Below, in pieces: positions 31,879-42,574 of a DNA stretch of 64,000 nt. Location: the NCBI GenBank assembly GCA_034414575.1, contig DAOULZ010000004.1, positions 6,417 through 70,416 of the forward strand, read 5' to 3'. Positions within the stretch are counted from its first letter, which is position 1. Each line of letters starts with the position of its first letter. The stretch comes from Dehalococcoidales bacterium (lineage in GTDB: Bacteria; Chloroflexota; Dehalococcoidia; Dehalococcoidales; UBA5760). The position numbers and the translations under genes were made by a program. The notes beneath the pieces were generated by a model. It was not told where the DNA came from. It ran no database searches and saw only the letters and a program-made list of their open reading frames with translations.

Positions 31879-34140
31879 ATGCGCAAAGGTCAAAAGGCCA
31901 TTGTTTGGTTTGATGAGATAACCAAGAAGGACATCCCTACCGTCGGTGGGAAGGGAGCCAACCTCGGCGAGATGACTAACGCCGGTATTCCGGTACCCCC
32001 CGGCTTTATCGTGACCGCCACTGCCTACTTCGATTTCTTAGAGCAGACAAAAATCACAGACAAGATTCGCCAATTACTAGAGCCAACAGACGTCAACGAC
32101 AGCAAAAAACTTCAGCAAATTGCCCAAAAGGTGCAAAAGGTAATTCTAGCTGCCGATATGCCCCCAGAACTCGCTTCTGAGATTGGGGAGGCCTACAAAA
32201 AATTAGGCGGAGGTTTGGTTGCGGTACGCTCCTCAGCCACTGCCGAAGACCTCCCCGAGGCCTCGTTTGCCGGCCAGCAACGCACTTTCCTTAATTTACA
32301 AGAGGAAAAGAAGGTGAGCGCCGCCGTACAGGGATGCTGGGCATCCCTCTTTGAAGCTCGCGCCATTTTCTACCGGGAGCAACAGGGCTTCGATCACTTC
32401 AAGGTTGGCATTGCTGTCCCAGTGCAGAAAATGGTGCAATCCGAAGCTTCCGGGGTTATGTTTACCATTGAGCCGGTTACCAGCGACCCGAGCAAAATCG
32501 TGATTGAAGCCATCTACGGTCTGGGGGAAGCCATTGTCTCGGGGGAGATAAACCCTGACCTCTACGTTATAGATAAAGAAAAGCTAATCATTAGCTCAAA
32601 GAAACTGAGCCGCCAGGACCGCAAACTGACCATCAACCCCAAAGCGGATGACAAAGACACTAACATCTGGCTACCAGTACCTAAATCAGAGCAAACCCAG
32701 CAGAAATTAAGCGATACCGACATCGCCAAGCTAGCCTGGATAGGAAAACAGATAGAATACCACTACGAGTTCCCTCAAGACATCGAGTGGGCTAAGGAAG
32801 ATAGGAGGATTTTTATCCTGCAAACCCGCCCGGTGACTACCATCAAAGAAACTACCGAGGCGGAACCAAAAATCAAAGCCCCGGCGCTTCTCTCCGGGGT
32901 AGCTGCCAGCCCCGGTATTGCCTCGGGACCGGTAAAGATAATCTCAGATGCCGCCCACATAGACCGGGTATACGATGGCGACATTCTGGTTGCGGAAATA
33001 ACGACACCCGACTTTGTCCCAGCTATGAAAAGAGCCGCAGCCATTGTCACCAACCGCGGGGGCAGAACTGCTCACGCCGCCATCGTCAGCCGGGAGCTGG
33101 GTATCCCCTGTGTCGTTGGGGCCGAAGAGGCAACAACCACACTGACCGATGGGCAGGTAATCACCGTTGATGGCTCTCACGGTAAGGTTTACGAGGGGAA
33201 AGTAACCAGACGAATAAAGACTACCTCTGTTTCCAGCATCCTTAAAGAATCGATTAAGACCAGGACCAAGGTCTACGTCAATCTAGCCCAACCTGAGCTG
33301 GCAGACAGAGTCGCCAGCCATAATGTAGATGGGGTCGGCCTGCTCCGAGCCGAATTCATGATTGCTCATATTGGCAAGCACCCCAACTACATGCTCAGCC
33401 AGAAACGGGGTAATGAGTTTATCACCAAGCTCGCCAAGGGTATTACCACCTTCGCCCAAGCCTTTAACCCCCGCCCGGTAGTCTACCGGACCAATGATTT
33501 TAAGACCAATGAATATCGGGCGCTTACTGGCGGTGAGAATTATGAGGAGATTGAGGAGAATCCCATGCTGGGTTACCGGGGGGCGGCTCGCTATATCAAG
33601 GATATCGATGTCTTCAAACTGGAACTAGCTGCTATCAAGCAGGTAAGGCAGAACTATCCCAATCTCTGGGTTATGATTCCCTTTGTCCGAACTGTTAAGG
33701 AACTGGCTCAAACGGTAAGCATTATGGAATCGGCGGGACTAAAGAGGTCTAGAAACTTCAAAATCTGGATGATGGTTGAGATACCTTCTAACATCTTCCT
33801 CCTGGAGAAATTTCTCGAAGTTGGCATTGACGGTATATCCATCGGATCCAATGACCTGACCCAGCTCATCCTGGGGATTGATAGAGATAACGCCGTTCTG
33901 GCTAAAGAATTTGATGAGCGGGATGAAGCCGTGCTCATGGCACTAGAAACGGCGATCAGAGTAGCCAAGAGCATGGGGGTTACCTCTTCCATTTGTGGTC
34001 AGGCACCCTCAGTCCACCCCGATCTCACGGAGAAGCTAGTAGAGTGGGGCATCACCTCAGTCTCGATAAGTCCGGACATGATTGGCACTACCCGAGAGAT
34101 AATCGCTAAAGTAGAGGCGAAACTGAAGCTTAATGGTTAG
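31879..34140 (+). CDS. ppsA: Phosphoenolpyruvate synthase (pyruvate, water dikinase)
   Basis: 753 aa. ATP-grasp N-domain (VGGKGANLGEM), phospho-His domain (GGRTAHAAIVSRELGIPCVVG) and PEP-utilizing C-domain. Confidence 0.92.
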   Translation: MRKGQKAIVWFDEITKKDIPTVGGKGANLGEMTNAGIPVPPGFIVTATAYFDFLEQTKITDKIRQLLEPTDVNDSKKLQQIAQKVQKVILAADMPPELASEIGEAYKKLGGGLVAVRSSATAEDLPEASFAGQQRTFLNLQEEKKVSAAVQGCWASLFEARAIFYREQQGFDHFKVGIAVPVQKMVQSEASGVMFTIEPVTSDPSKIVIEAIYGLGEAIVSGEINPDLYVIDKEKLIISSKKLSRQDRKLTINPKADDKDTNIWLPVPKSEQTQQKLSDTDIAKLAWIGKQIEYHYEFPQDIEWAKEDRRIFILQTRPVTTIKETTEAEPKIKAPALLSGVAASPGIASGPVKIISDAAHIDRVYDGDILVAEITTPDFVPAMKRAAAIVTNRGGRTAHAAIVSRELGIPCVVGAEEATTTLTDGQVITVDGSHGKVYEGKVTRRIKTTSVSSILKESIKTRTKVYVNLAQPELADRVASHNVDGVGLLRAEFMIAHIGKHPNYMLSQKRGNEFITKLAKGITTFAQAFNPRPVVYRTNDFKTNEYRALTGGENYEEIEENPMLGYRGAARYIKDIDVFKLELAAIKQVRQNYPNLWVMIPFVRTVKELAQTVSIMESAGLKRSRNFKIWMMVEIPSNIFLLEKFLEVGIDGISIGSNDLTQLILGIDRDNAVLAKEFDERDEAVLMALETAIRVAKSMGVTSSICGQAPSVHPDLTEKLVEWGITSVSISPDMIGTTREIIAKVEAKLKLNG

Positions 34141-35200
34141 CCAGCTTAATATTCGCCAATTTACCGAAGAAAGGGAAGAGAGCCTATCTTCCCACGCCGC
34201 CAAGAGTAAGCTATCGCGGGGCCGTGCTAGGCCGGAGGAGCCCTGCCCGATACGTACTGCCTTCCAGCGCGACCGGGACCGTATCATTCATGCCAAGGCC
34301 TTCCGCCGTCTCAAGCACAAGACTCAAGTGTTCATCGCCCCGCTGGGTGACCATTATGTCACCCGCCTCACCCATACCCTGGAGGTCTCCCAGATAGGCC
34401 GCACTATAGCCCGCGCCCTAAACCTCAATGAGGACCTCTCGGAAGCCATCGCCCTGGGTCACGATCTAGGGCATACTCCCTTCGGACATGTGGGTGAGGA
34501 CATGCTTAATGAGCTCTACTCACCGGGGTTCAGACATAACGAGCAAAGCCTGCGCGTGGTTGACCTACTAGAAAATGACGGGCACGGACTCAATCTTACC
34601 TGGGAAGTGAGAGACGGCATCCTGAATCACTCGAAAACCAGGCTGGAGACTCTGAAGCAGGACTGGGGAAAGGGAAACACCCTAGAGGGGGAGATATGTA
34701 AAATTGCTGACCTGGTGGCCTACATCAACCATGATATCGGTGACGCCGTCAGAGCCGACATCATCGCCGAGGGAGAGTTGCCACTTTCCGCCATCAAGGT
34801 TCTGGGCTTAAGCCACTCGGAGCGTATCAATACTATGGTCAGCGATATCGTCAGATACTCATGGTCCGCCACCGGGATTAATACCCAAGAGAGTCCAACT
34901 ATCGGGATGAGCCCCGAGGTGCTGGAGGCAACCGATACCCTGCGCAAGTTCCTATTCGAGCGGGTATATGACATACGCTCCGCTCAGGAGGAATCGGAAA
35001 GGGCCCGAGAGGTAATCCGCCAACTTTATAGCTATTTCAGGGAGCACGAAGACGAGATGCCGCCGGAATACCGCCTTCACAGCACTGAGACAGAGCGAAG
35101 GGTGGTTGACTATATCGCCGGCATGACCGATCACTATGCCCTGAGATTGGCCGAGAAGCTAGCGTTAGTTAAAGTTAAGTGGCAAGATGAGCGCTATTGA
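34133..35200 (+). CDS. dGTPase-like HD-domain triphosphohydrolase
   Basis: Contains FQRDRDRIIHAKAFRRL, THTLEVSQIGR, HDLGHTPFGH and the C-terminal DYIAGMTDHYA. Overlaps the ppsA end by 8 nt. Confidence 0.88.
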   Translation: MVSQLNIRQFTEEREESLSSHAAKSKLSRGRARPEEPCPIRTAFQRDRDRIIHAKAFRRLKHKTQVFIAPLGDHYVTRLTHTLEVSQIGRTIARALNLNEDLSEAIALGHDLGHTPFGHVGEDMLNELYSPGFRHNEQSLRVVDLLENDGHGLNLTWEVRDGILNHSKTRLETLKQDWGKGNTLEGEICKIADLVAYINHDIGDAVRADIIAEGELPLSAIKVLGLSHSERINTMVSDIVRYSWSATGINTQESPTIGMSPEVLEATDTLRKFLFERVYDIRSAQEESERAREVIRQLYSYFREHEDEMPPEYRLHSTETERRVVDYIAGMTDHYALRLAEKLALVKVKWQDERY

Positions 35201-36968
35201 CGAAGTAAAGCAGAAGACCGACATTGTCGAGGTCGTAAGCCAGTATGTCTCGTTAACCAAATCGGGAAGGACCTTTAGGGGACTGTGTCCCTTTCACAGC
35301 GAGAGGCACCCCTCATTCTTCGTCTACCCCGAGCAGGGAAGCTGGCACTGCTTCGGTGCCTGCAATACCGGCGGCGATGCTTTCTCCTTCATTATGCGCA
35401 AGGAGGGTATCGACTTTGGAGAGGCGCTCCGCCTGCTGGCGGAGAGAGCCGGCGTCAGCCTGCCCTCACGATTTGAGCCAAGCACCAGGAGAGACGAAAA
35501 AGAAAGATTATATCAAATCAATGAGGCCTCTGCCCAGCATTTTCATCAACTGCTACTTGACTCTAAGGAGGCAGAAAAGGCGAGGAATTATTTGGCCAAG
35601 CGGGGATTGTCACTGGAGACCATCACTGAATTCAAACTGGGCTACAGCCCCAATAGCCGGGAGGCACTGCAAAAGCACTTAGTGGATATTGGCTACGCTA
35701 AAGATGAACTAATGACCGCCGGCTTAATAATAGAGGGAGAGAGTAGGGTAACTCACGACCGCTTTCGCAATCGTTTGATGTTCCCGATATGTGAACTTAG
35801 GGGACACGTCACCGGTTTTGGGGCCAGGGTGCTTGATGATTCGCTGCCGAAATATCTTAACTCTCCGCAAACCCCCGTCTTCGATAAGAGCAGCACCCTC
35901 TATGGGATAAACCTAGCAGCCCAAGCCATCAGAACACAGGACATGGTAGTCTTTGTGGAGGGCTACACGGATGTTATTACCGCCCACCAGCACGGCTTTA
36001 GCAATGTGATTGCCTCCATGGGCACCGCGATCACTGAGAGCCAAGTTAATTCTCTAAAAAGACTATCCAGAAATGTAATCTTAGCGATGGATGCTGATGA
36101 AGCCGGCGAGGAAGCCATGCTGCGTTGTGTCGGCTACGAAAACATCCTTGATGCCGAGATGAAAGTTATCACCCTGCCCAAGGGTAAAGATCCTGATGAC
36201 GTAATCAGGGAAGACCCGACGATATGGCAACACCTGATAGAACAGGCTCGCCCGGTAGTTGATTATACCTTTGATATGATTACTACGGAGCTTGACATGA
36301 CTCAGGCTAAGGACAAGTCATTAGCCGTAGATAGACTGCTCCCTACTATCGCCGCGATAAAGGATACGATACGCCAGGCCCATTACCTGCAGAGGCTGGC
36401 TCACCTGGTCGATGTAACCGAGCGCCGATTGGAAGCGGAACTAGCCAGGATTAAACCAAGCCCAAGCCGGCGTCGGCGTGAAGAGCCAAAACAAGAAGCC
36501 GCCAGCCGACCGTCACGCCCGATACTAGCCCGCCCCCGGGAAGAATACTGCCTGGCTCTCCTCCTCCAGCACCCGGAGCTTAAAGACTTGAGTCAGCAGC
36601 CATTACCGGAATACTTCCAAAACAGCGAAAACCGCGCCATCTTTACTGCCCGGCAGGAATCTGGCAAGCCGTCATCACTCAGGGAAAGGCTTGACCCGGC
36701 GATTTGGGAACATCTGGAGTCTCTGGAGAAAAGAAGCCTGCCGAACAACCAAATCGAGGAGAAGTATGCTAACTGCGTTCTCCTTTTGCGAGAAGAGTTT
36801 CTGCGCAGCTTAGAGATGAAGAGAGGAGCAGCCTTAGCCCTGGAAGCCGAGCTAGGCGGCTCCGCTGCTGAGCTGGCCAAGCTTAAAGAGCAGGGCATAG
36901 AAATCAGCACTCAACTTGGTGAAGTCTTTAATCGAAAACGCAGTATCCGTCAAGGAGCCAAGAAATGA
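35187..36968 (+). CDS. dnaG: DNA primase
   Basis: Zinc ribbon [28 protein letters not shown]-polymerase core and Toprim (EGYTDVI). Lies upstream of rpoD. Confidence 0.95.
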   Translation: MSAIDEVKQKTDIVEVVSQYVSLTKSGRTFRGLCPFHSERHPSFFVYPEQGSWHCFGACNTGGDAFSFIMRKEGIDFGEALRLLAERAGVSLPSRFEPSTRRDEKERLYQINEASAQHFHQLLLDSKEAEKARNYLAKRGLSLETITEFKLGYSPNSREALQKHLVDIGYAKDELMTAGLIIEGESRVTHDRFRNRLMFPICELRGHVTGFGARVLDDSLPKYLNSPQTPVFDKSSTLYGINLAAQAIRTQDMVVFVEGYTDVITAHQHGFSNVIASMGTAITESQVNSLKRLSRNVILAMDADEAGEEAMLRCVGYENILDAEMKVITLPKGKDPDDVIREDPTIWQHLIEQARPVVDYTFDMITTELDMTQAKDKSLAVDRLLPTIAAIKDTIRQAHYLQRLAHLVDVTERRLEAELARIKPSPSRRRREEPKQEAASRPSRPILARPREEYCLALLLQHPELKDLSQQPLPEYFQNSENRAIFTARQESGKPSSLRERLDPAIWEHLESLEKRSLPNNQIEEKYANCVLLLREEFLRSLEMKRGAALALEAELGGSAAELAKLKEQGIEISTQLGEVFNRKRSIRQGAKK

Positions 36969-38410
36969 AACTGGATAACTCCGAAGAGTCCCCAGAATTC
37001 TCCCTCGACAATCATAATAATAATGGTGAAGAGGAAGAGGAACTAACCACCTCGGAGAAGGTAAGCAGTGGCCTCCAAGCTACCGCCGGCTCCGGGTTGG
37101 AAATACCGCTACCACAGCTGGAAGAGCACGAGATAGCCGATGACCCAGTTCGTATTTACCTTCACGAAATCGGTAGAGTGTCCCTCCTCACCGCCAGGGA
37201 TGAACAGGTCCTATCCCGAAAGATCGCGGAGGGTAAACGCATCAGCGAAATCAAGCAAGATTACTTCCAGAGGTATTTAAGACATCCACCGGCAGCCGAG
37301 ATAATATGCACCATGCTCGAGGAGATAGGACAGAATGCCACCACCATCCACCTCCTTCTAGAACAACTCGGTTTATCCCCTACCACCAGCTTTAAGGAAA
37401 TCATCTCCAATGTTAGATTACGTAGCAGTATTGATGGTGAAATAAATCAGCCACTGCTCCAAACAATTACTTTCCAGACAGGTAGTTCCGCATCTGAAAC
37501 AGAACAACTGCTTATTAACCTCTCATTAAACAGTAGTCTGCTACCTAAGGAAGCTCTTGATGCCATGGGAGACAGGGTCTACCTAGCCGACCTAGAAAAA
37601 CGTGTAACCAGTGATGATTTCCGTAATTCCATTCGGAGTTATGAACCGCGACTCAAAGCCTACCTGGATAATATTTTACTTGAGGCAGAGCAGGCGGAAA
37701 ACCACCTTATTAAAGCCAATTTACGTTTGGTAGTTAGCGTGGCCAAGAAGCACGTGGGCCGAGGTATGTCGCTCCTCGACCTGATTCAAGAAGGGAATAT
37801 CGGGCTAATAAAAGCGGTGGAGAAATTCGACTACCGCCGCGGCTATAAATTCAGCACCTATGCCACCTGGTGGATCCGGCAGGCTATTACTCGAGCCATT
37901 GCCGACCAGGCCCGCACTATTCGTGTTCCTGTTCACATGATTGAGACCATCAATAAATTATTGAGGATAAGCCGTCGTCTGGCTCAAGAACGGGGACGCG
38001 AGCCTACCCCCAAAGAAATCGGCGAGGAAATGGCAACCCCCCCAGAAAAGGTAAGAGAGATAATCAAGGTAGCCCAACTACCTATCTCACTCGAGTCACC
38101 CATCGGTGAGGAGGAGGACAGCCATCTCGGGGACTTTATTGAGGACCGTAACGCCTTGCCACCCCCCGATGCTGCCTCCCGACAGCTACTCAAGGAACAA
38201 ATTGATGACGTGCTATCCACCCTAACGCCACGCGAGCAGCGGGTACTACAGCTCAGATTTGGTCTCGAAGACGGACGCAGCCGCACCCTAGAGGAGGTGG
38301 GTAAGGAGTTCAATGTCACCAGAGAGCGAATCCGCCAGATTGAAGCCAAGGCACTACGCAAATTGCGCCATCCCAGCCGCAGCCGTAGATTAAAGGACTA
38401 CCTAGAGTGA
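36965..38410 (+). CDS. rpoD: RNA polymerase sigma factor RpoD (sigma-70)
   Basis: Region 2 is [36 protein letters not shown]. Region 4 is [30 protein letters not shown]. Overlaps the dnaG stop by 4 nt. Confidence 0.95.
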   Translation: MKLDNSEESPEFSLDNHNNNGEEEEELTTSEKVSSGLQATAGSGLEIPLPQLEEHEIADDPVRIYLHEIGRVSLLTARDEQVLSRKIAEGKRISEIKQDYFQRYLRHPPAAEIICTMLEEIGQNATTIHLLLEQLGLSPTTSFKEIISNVRLRSSIDGEINQPLLQTITFQTGSSASETEQLLINLSLNSSLLPKEALDAMGDRVYLADLEKRVTSDDFRNSIRSYEPRLKAYLDNILLEAEQAENHLIKANLRLVVSVAKKHVGRGMSLLDLIQEGNIGLIKAVEKFDYRRGYKFSTYATWWIRQAITRAIADQARTIRVPVHMIETINKLLRISRRLAQERGREPTPKEIGEEMATPPEKVREIIKVAQLPISLESPIGEEEDSHLGDFIEDRNALPPPDAASRQLLKEQIDDVLSTLTPREQRVLQLRFGLEDGRSRTLEEVGKEFNVTRERIRQIEAKALRKLRHPSRSRRLKDYLE

Positions 38411-38772
38411 TAAATCTCCTCGCCCTGGTGGAGGCACTGGTATTTGCCCAAAAGTCAGAGGCTGACCTGGAGAAGGCAATCAATACTGCTAAGGCTGGTA
38501 CTGTCAGATCGTGGCAGCTGGCCAATCTAGGTACGCAGACCATTAAACGGGACTTCAGTCCCGGGTTCATGGTTGATCTGGTACAGAAAGACATGAGACT
38601 GGTAATGGAAGCTACCGCCGAGATGAAGTTGCCCCTACCCGTAACCGGCTTCATCAACCAGATGTATTACTCGCCTCAGCACTCCGGTGAGGGTGGGAGC
38701 GGCACCCAAGCCCTGGTTAAGGCCCTGGAACGAACCGCTAGGGTGGAGGCCCAGCAACCAGAAGCCAGATAA
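38407..38772 (+). pseudogene. C-terminal domain fragment of a beta-hydroxyacid dehydrogenase (HIBADH/6PGDH-C-like)
   Basis: The 121-aa ORF starts at a GTG overlapping the rpoD stop. [15 protein letters not shown]...DFSPGFMVDLVQKDMRLVMEAT...PLPVT is the all-helical C-domain only. The N-terminal Rossmann domain (~160 aa) is absent. Confidence 0.55.
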
Positions 38773-38812
38773 AGATACATAGTTTCTTAATATCGGGCAA
38801 CAGGAGAAGGGT

Positions 38813-40672
38813 ATGACAGCTTACAACATTAATTTTGAGCCCCTAGGTCGCCGAGGGAAGTGCCCGGTTTGTGACTCCCTTCTGACCTGTGCTCACCAAG
38901 TAGGCGTCGACATTACCAGCCTGTGCTCCGGTAAAGGGACTTGTCATGCCTGCAAGATAAAGGTCCTAGAAGGTGCCGTCTCAGAAGCCACAGCTAGTGA
39001 ACGGGAGGTCTTTTCATCCCAAGAACTCGAGAGTGGCTGGCGCCTCGCTTGCCAAACCTATCCCCTCAGTGATGTCAAGGTGAATGTGCCCACTGAATCA
39101 ATGACCACCCCCCAGCGCATCCAAATAGAGGGGGAGGAGATAGCAGTTCGCCCAGAGCCACTCGTCCATGCTCACCGGGTAAAGCCAGCCGCCCCATCGC
39201 TATCGGACGTACGGGGTGACAGCGAGCGCCTGCTGGAGACATTAAATAAGGAGCACGGCCTACACTGCCACACCACTGACATCGATGTCCTGCGACAGCT
39301 TTCACCACGGCTTCGCTCCTGGGAGTGGGAGTGTCAAGTAGCCGTACGCAATGATGAGGTGGTAGCAATTGGCCCTTGGCCGAGCCGTGAGCTAGGGCTG
39401 GCTATAGATTTGGGCACCACCAAGTTGGCCGGCTACCTGATTGACCTGAGTCATGGTCAGACTTTAGCAGCGAAAGGAATTATGAACCCCCAGATAAGCT
39501 ACGGTGAAGACGTCCTCAGCCGCATTAGCCACGCTTTAAGCTCACCGACCGAAGGCAGGCGCCTACAAAAGCTAACCGCTAGAGCTATTAACCAGCTAGC
39601 CAGCGAGTTATGCGCCCAGGTTGAGGCCAGAGTGGACGAAATCACTGACGCCGTAGTCGTCGGTAACACTGCCATGCACCACCTATTTCTTAGCCTGCCG
39701 CTAACGCAGCTAGCCCATGCCCCCTTTGTGCCTGCCGTCAGCCAGGCGGTAGATATAAAGGCTCGTGACCTGGGACTTCAGATTGCCCCCGGAGCCTATA
39801 CCCACCTCCTCCCCAACATTGCCGGGTTCGTTGGTGCTGACCACGTGGCCATGCTGCTGGCCACCGAAGTGTGGCTGGCCGAGGGTGTGCTGCTGGCGAT
39901 AGACATCGGGACCAACACTGAGGTCTCCCTGATAGATGGTGATCAGATAACCAGCGTCTCATGTGCCTCTGGCCCCACCTTCGAGGGTGGTCACATCAAG
40001 GACGGAATGCGGGCGGCCCGCGGGGCCATCGAGCGGCTACGCATCGTTGGTGATGATATCCAGTATCAGACCATTGAGGGTGCCCCCCCGGTTGGTCTTT
40101 GTGGCTCAGGCATACTGGACGCCCTCGCCCAACTTTATCTAGCGGGCATCATCGAAGAAAGCGGCCGGATGATAGCTAACCACCCCCGCCTGCGCCGCCG
40201 CCGGAAGCAACGCGAGTTTGTCCTAGTAGGCGAGGAAGCACGGGGTGGGAAGTCAGCTCTCGCCATCACCCAGCAGGACATACGCGAGTTACAGCTGGCC
40301 AAGGCAGCCATCCGCACTGGCATCCAGGTACTGTTAGAGGCTAACCAGTGTACCGAAGAAGACATATCTCAGGTAATCATTGCCGGCGCCTTTGGCAGCT
40401 ACATTAATGTGGCTAGCGCCATAACCATCGGCATGCTCCCGGCACTGCCGCTAAACCGCTTCCGACAGGTAGGCAATGCGGCCGGTAAGGGAGCTAAGCT
40501 AGCTCTTGTTTCCAGCCACAAGCGAGCGCAGGCTCAAACCTTAGCCTCCCGAGTTAGCTATATCGAATTAGCCAATGCCCCTGATTTCATGACCACCTTC
40601 ATCCAAACAGGTTCTTTAGGAAAGTACAGGATGACACACGGAAAGAAAAGGAGGATTTATGATGGAAACTAG
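38813..40672 (+). CDS. Corrinoid reductive activase (RACo-like): N-terminal 2Fe-2S ferredoxin plus ASKHA ATPase domain
   Basis: 619 aa. Plant-type ferredoxin Cys pattern (CSGKGTCHACKIKV...C). Central and C-terminal ASKHA region (LAIDLGTTKLAGY, LAIDIGTNTEVS). Confidence 0.75.
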   Translation: MTAYNINFEPLGRRGKCPVCDSLLTCAHQVGVDITSLCSGKGTCHACKIKVLEGAVSEATASEREVFSSQELESGWRLACQTYPLSDVKVNVPTESMTTPQRIQIEGEEIAVRPEPLVHAHRVKPAAPSLSDVRGDSERLLETLNKEHGLHCHTTDIDVLRQLSPRLRSWEWECQVAVRNDEVVAIGPWPSRELGLAIDLGTTKLAGYLIDLSHGQTLAAKGIMNPQISYGEDVLSRISHALSSPTEGRRLQKLTARAINQLASELCAQVEARVDEITDAVVVGNTAMHHLFLSLPLTQLAHAPFVPAVSQAVDIKARDLGLQIAPGAYTHLLPNIAGFVGADHVAMLLATEVWLAEGVLLAIDIGTNTEVSLIDGDQITSVSCASGPTFEGGHIKDGMRAARGAIERLRIVGDDIQYQTIEGAPPVGLCGSGILDALAQLYLAGIIEESGRMIANHPRLRRRRKQREFVLVGEEARGGKSALAITQQDIRELQLAKAAIRTGIQVLLEANQCTEEDISQVIIAGAFGSYINVASAITIGMLPALPLNRFRQVGNAAGKGAKLALVSSHKRAQAQTLASRVSYIELANAPDFMTTFIQTGSLGKYRMTHGKKRRIYDGN

Positions 40673-41516
40673 GGTTTCCAGTGCCACCAGAGAAGTAATC
40701 ATCGGTCATGACCGACCGGTCGTGCTTATCGGCGAACGTATTAATCCCACGGGCAAGGAAAAGATGTCGCAAGCCTTTAAGACCGGCAACTTAGAGATTA
40801 TCCGCCAGGAAGCTCTGGCTCAGGTAAAGGCGGGGGCAGACATTATCGACATCAATGTAGCTAGTGCCGGAGTTAACGAGGTAACCCTACTTCCCCAAGC
40901 AATTCAGGTAGCAATGGACACCATCGATGCGCCCTTATGCCTCGATAGCCCTAATCCCGAGGCTCTAGAAGCAGCCCTCAAAGTCTACCAGGGCAAGCCG
41001 CTCATTAACTCAGTAACCGGTGAAGAGCAATCCCTGAAGGAGGTTCTGCCTCTCGTCAAGGAATACGGGGCGGCGGTTATCGGCCTAGTGCAGGACGAAC
41101 AGGGCGTCCCCAGAGACGCGGAGCGGCGGCTAGCCATCGCTTATAAGATTGTTGAGCGCGCCGAGGCGGTGGGTGTCCCCCGCGAGGATGTTATCATTGA
41201 CTGCCTGGCTTTAGCGGTGGGAGCTGACACCTGGTCTGGTCCAGTCATTCTGGAAACAATTCAGCGTATTCGGGCTGAGCTGGGAGTAAACCTGACCCTG
41301 GGAGCCAGCAACGTCTCTTTTGGCCTGCCTGACCGTAATCTGCTCAACAACACCTTTGTGGCCATGGTTATTGCCGCCGGCGCAACTTGCCTCATTACTG
41401 ACGTAGCTAAGGTACGCCCGATTGTTCTGGCAGCCGACCTTCTCCTTAACCACGACGACTATGCCCGGCGCTATATCAGAGCCTACCGTGAGCGCCAGAA
41501 GCAAGCGGAAGGCTAA
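40659..41516 (+). CDS. Pterin-binding methyltransferase (methyl-H4folate:corrinoid methyltransferase, AcsE/MtrH-like)
   Basis: 285 aa. Pterin-binding TIM barrel pattern (IGERINPTGK, DIIDINV, LCLDS, NSVT, GASNVSFGLP). Overlaps the activase stop. Confidence 0.75.
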   Translation: MMETRVSSATREVIIGHDRPVVLIGERINPTGKEKMSQAFKTGNLEIIRQEALAQVKAGADIIDINVASAGVNEVTLLPQAIQVAMDTIDAPLCLDSPNPEALEAALKVYQGKPLINSVTGEEQSLKEVLPLVKEYGAAVIGLVQDEQGVPRDAERRLAIAYKIVERAEAVGVPREDVIIDCLALAVGADTWSGPVILETIQRIRAELGVNLTLGASNVSFGLPDRNLLNNTFVAMVIAAGATCLITDVAKVRPIVLAADLLLNHDDYARRYIRAYRERQKQAEG

Positions 41517-41559
41517 ACCCCTAACTAACAAGAGCAAATTTGTTAGACCCTGTGAGATA

Positions 41560-42474
41560 ATGAATCCATATCGCTATAAAGCCGACAATCTGGATTTCAA
41601 CGTTAAGCTAACGGGGGAAAATCGTAGCTGGCAAAGTTATACGGTTAGTTTTCCCACTGCCCACCCCACCCGCTATGAGAAGAGTAACACCGTCTGGGGC
41701 GACTACTTCAGACCCCCCAGCGGCAACAACCTGCCTCTGGTCATTCTAATTCACGGGCTGGGTGACCGGAGCGTAATTCCCTTAAAAATCCTAGCCCGGT
41801 CTCTAGTTAGAAAAGGCGTTGCCTGCTTTATTTTGTATCTGGTTTTGCACTCCAGCCGCATGCCGCCAAGCGGACCCAGTACCCTCAGCTCAGACGAATG
41901 GTTTGATAACTACCAAATTTCCGTAATTGATGTGCGCCAGGTAACAGACTGGGCCGAAACCAGAGCCGAGATAAATAAAGAGCAGATTGGAGTCATCGGC
42001 ATAAGCTTCGGCGGGTTCATCTCGGCGATCGCCATGGGTATCGACCGCCGGATTAAAGCCGGGGTGCTGATCGCCAGCGGCGGAAACCTGGAAAAGATTG
42101 CCTTTATGAGTAAGACCCTGCCCAAAAATTGGGGGTTCAAGCACACTGAAGCGGACTTTAATGCCCAGCAGCACCGCTACCGCCGGTATCTGAGTGAAGT
42201 AGCCGAGAAGGGGGTCGAGGAGGTCAACCCACCGGAGAGGGGTTTCCTTATTGACGCCATGACCTACGCCCACTTACTCCGTACCCGCCCGCTGCTACTG
42301 ATCAACGCCCGCTGGGACGAGGTCATCCCTAAAGGGGCCACTCTTGACTTCTGGGAGGCAAGTGGCCGGCCCGCCATCTCATGGCTTCCCGGCGGCCACG
42401 CCACCGTCTGGCTATGGTATCCCCTCATCAGCTGGAAAATCATCCGCTTTCTCAAGTCTGCTTTCCGGCTGTAG
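41560..42474 (+). CDS. Alpha/beta hydrolase
   Basis: I start at ATG 41560 (MNPYRYK...). The track's 41422 start would overlap the methyltransferase gene by 95 nt. Contains LVILIHGLGD and the nucleophile elbow GISFGG. Confidence 0.75.
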   Translation: MNPYRYKADNLDFNVKLTGENRSWQSYTVSFPTAHPTRYEKSNTVWGDYFRPPSGNNLPLVILIHGLGDRSVIPLKILARSLVRKGVACFILYLVLHSSRMPPSGPSTLSSDEWFDNYQISVIDVRQVTDWAETRAEINKEQIGVIGISFGGFISAIAMGIDRRIKAGVLIASGGNLEKIAFMSKTLPKNWGFKHTEADFNAQQHRYRRYLSEVAEKGVEEVNPPERGFLIDAMTYAHLLRTRPLLLINARWDEVIPKGATLDFWEASGRPAISWLPGGHATVWLWYPLISWKIIRFLKSAFRL

Positions 42475-42574
42475 CCAATAACACGCATTAAGCAAAGAAG
42501 CCGGGGCTACTTGCTGCCTTCAGCCAACTACGACTATAATATGAGGGAATAAACTAGGGAGAATGGGGGATTAG

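Noticed and set aside
41422-41559. N-terminal 46-aa extension of the alpha/beta hydrolase ORF
   Set aside because: It would overlap the methyltransferase gene by 95 nt in another frame. ATG 41560 gives a normal hydrolase N-terminus.
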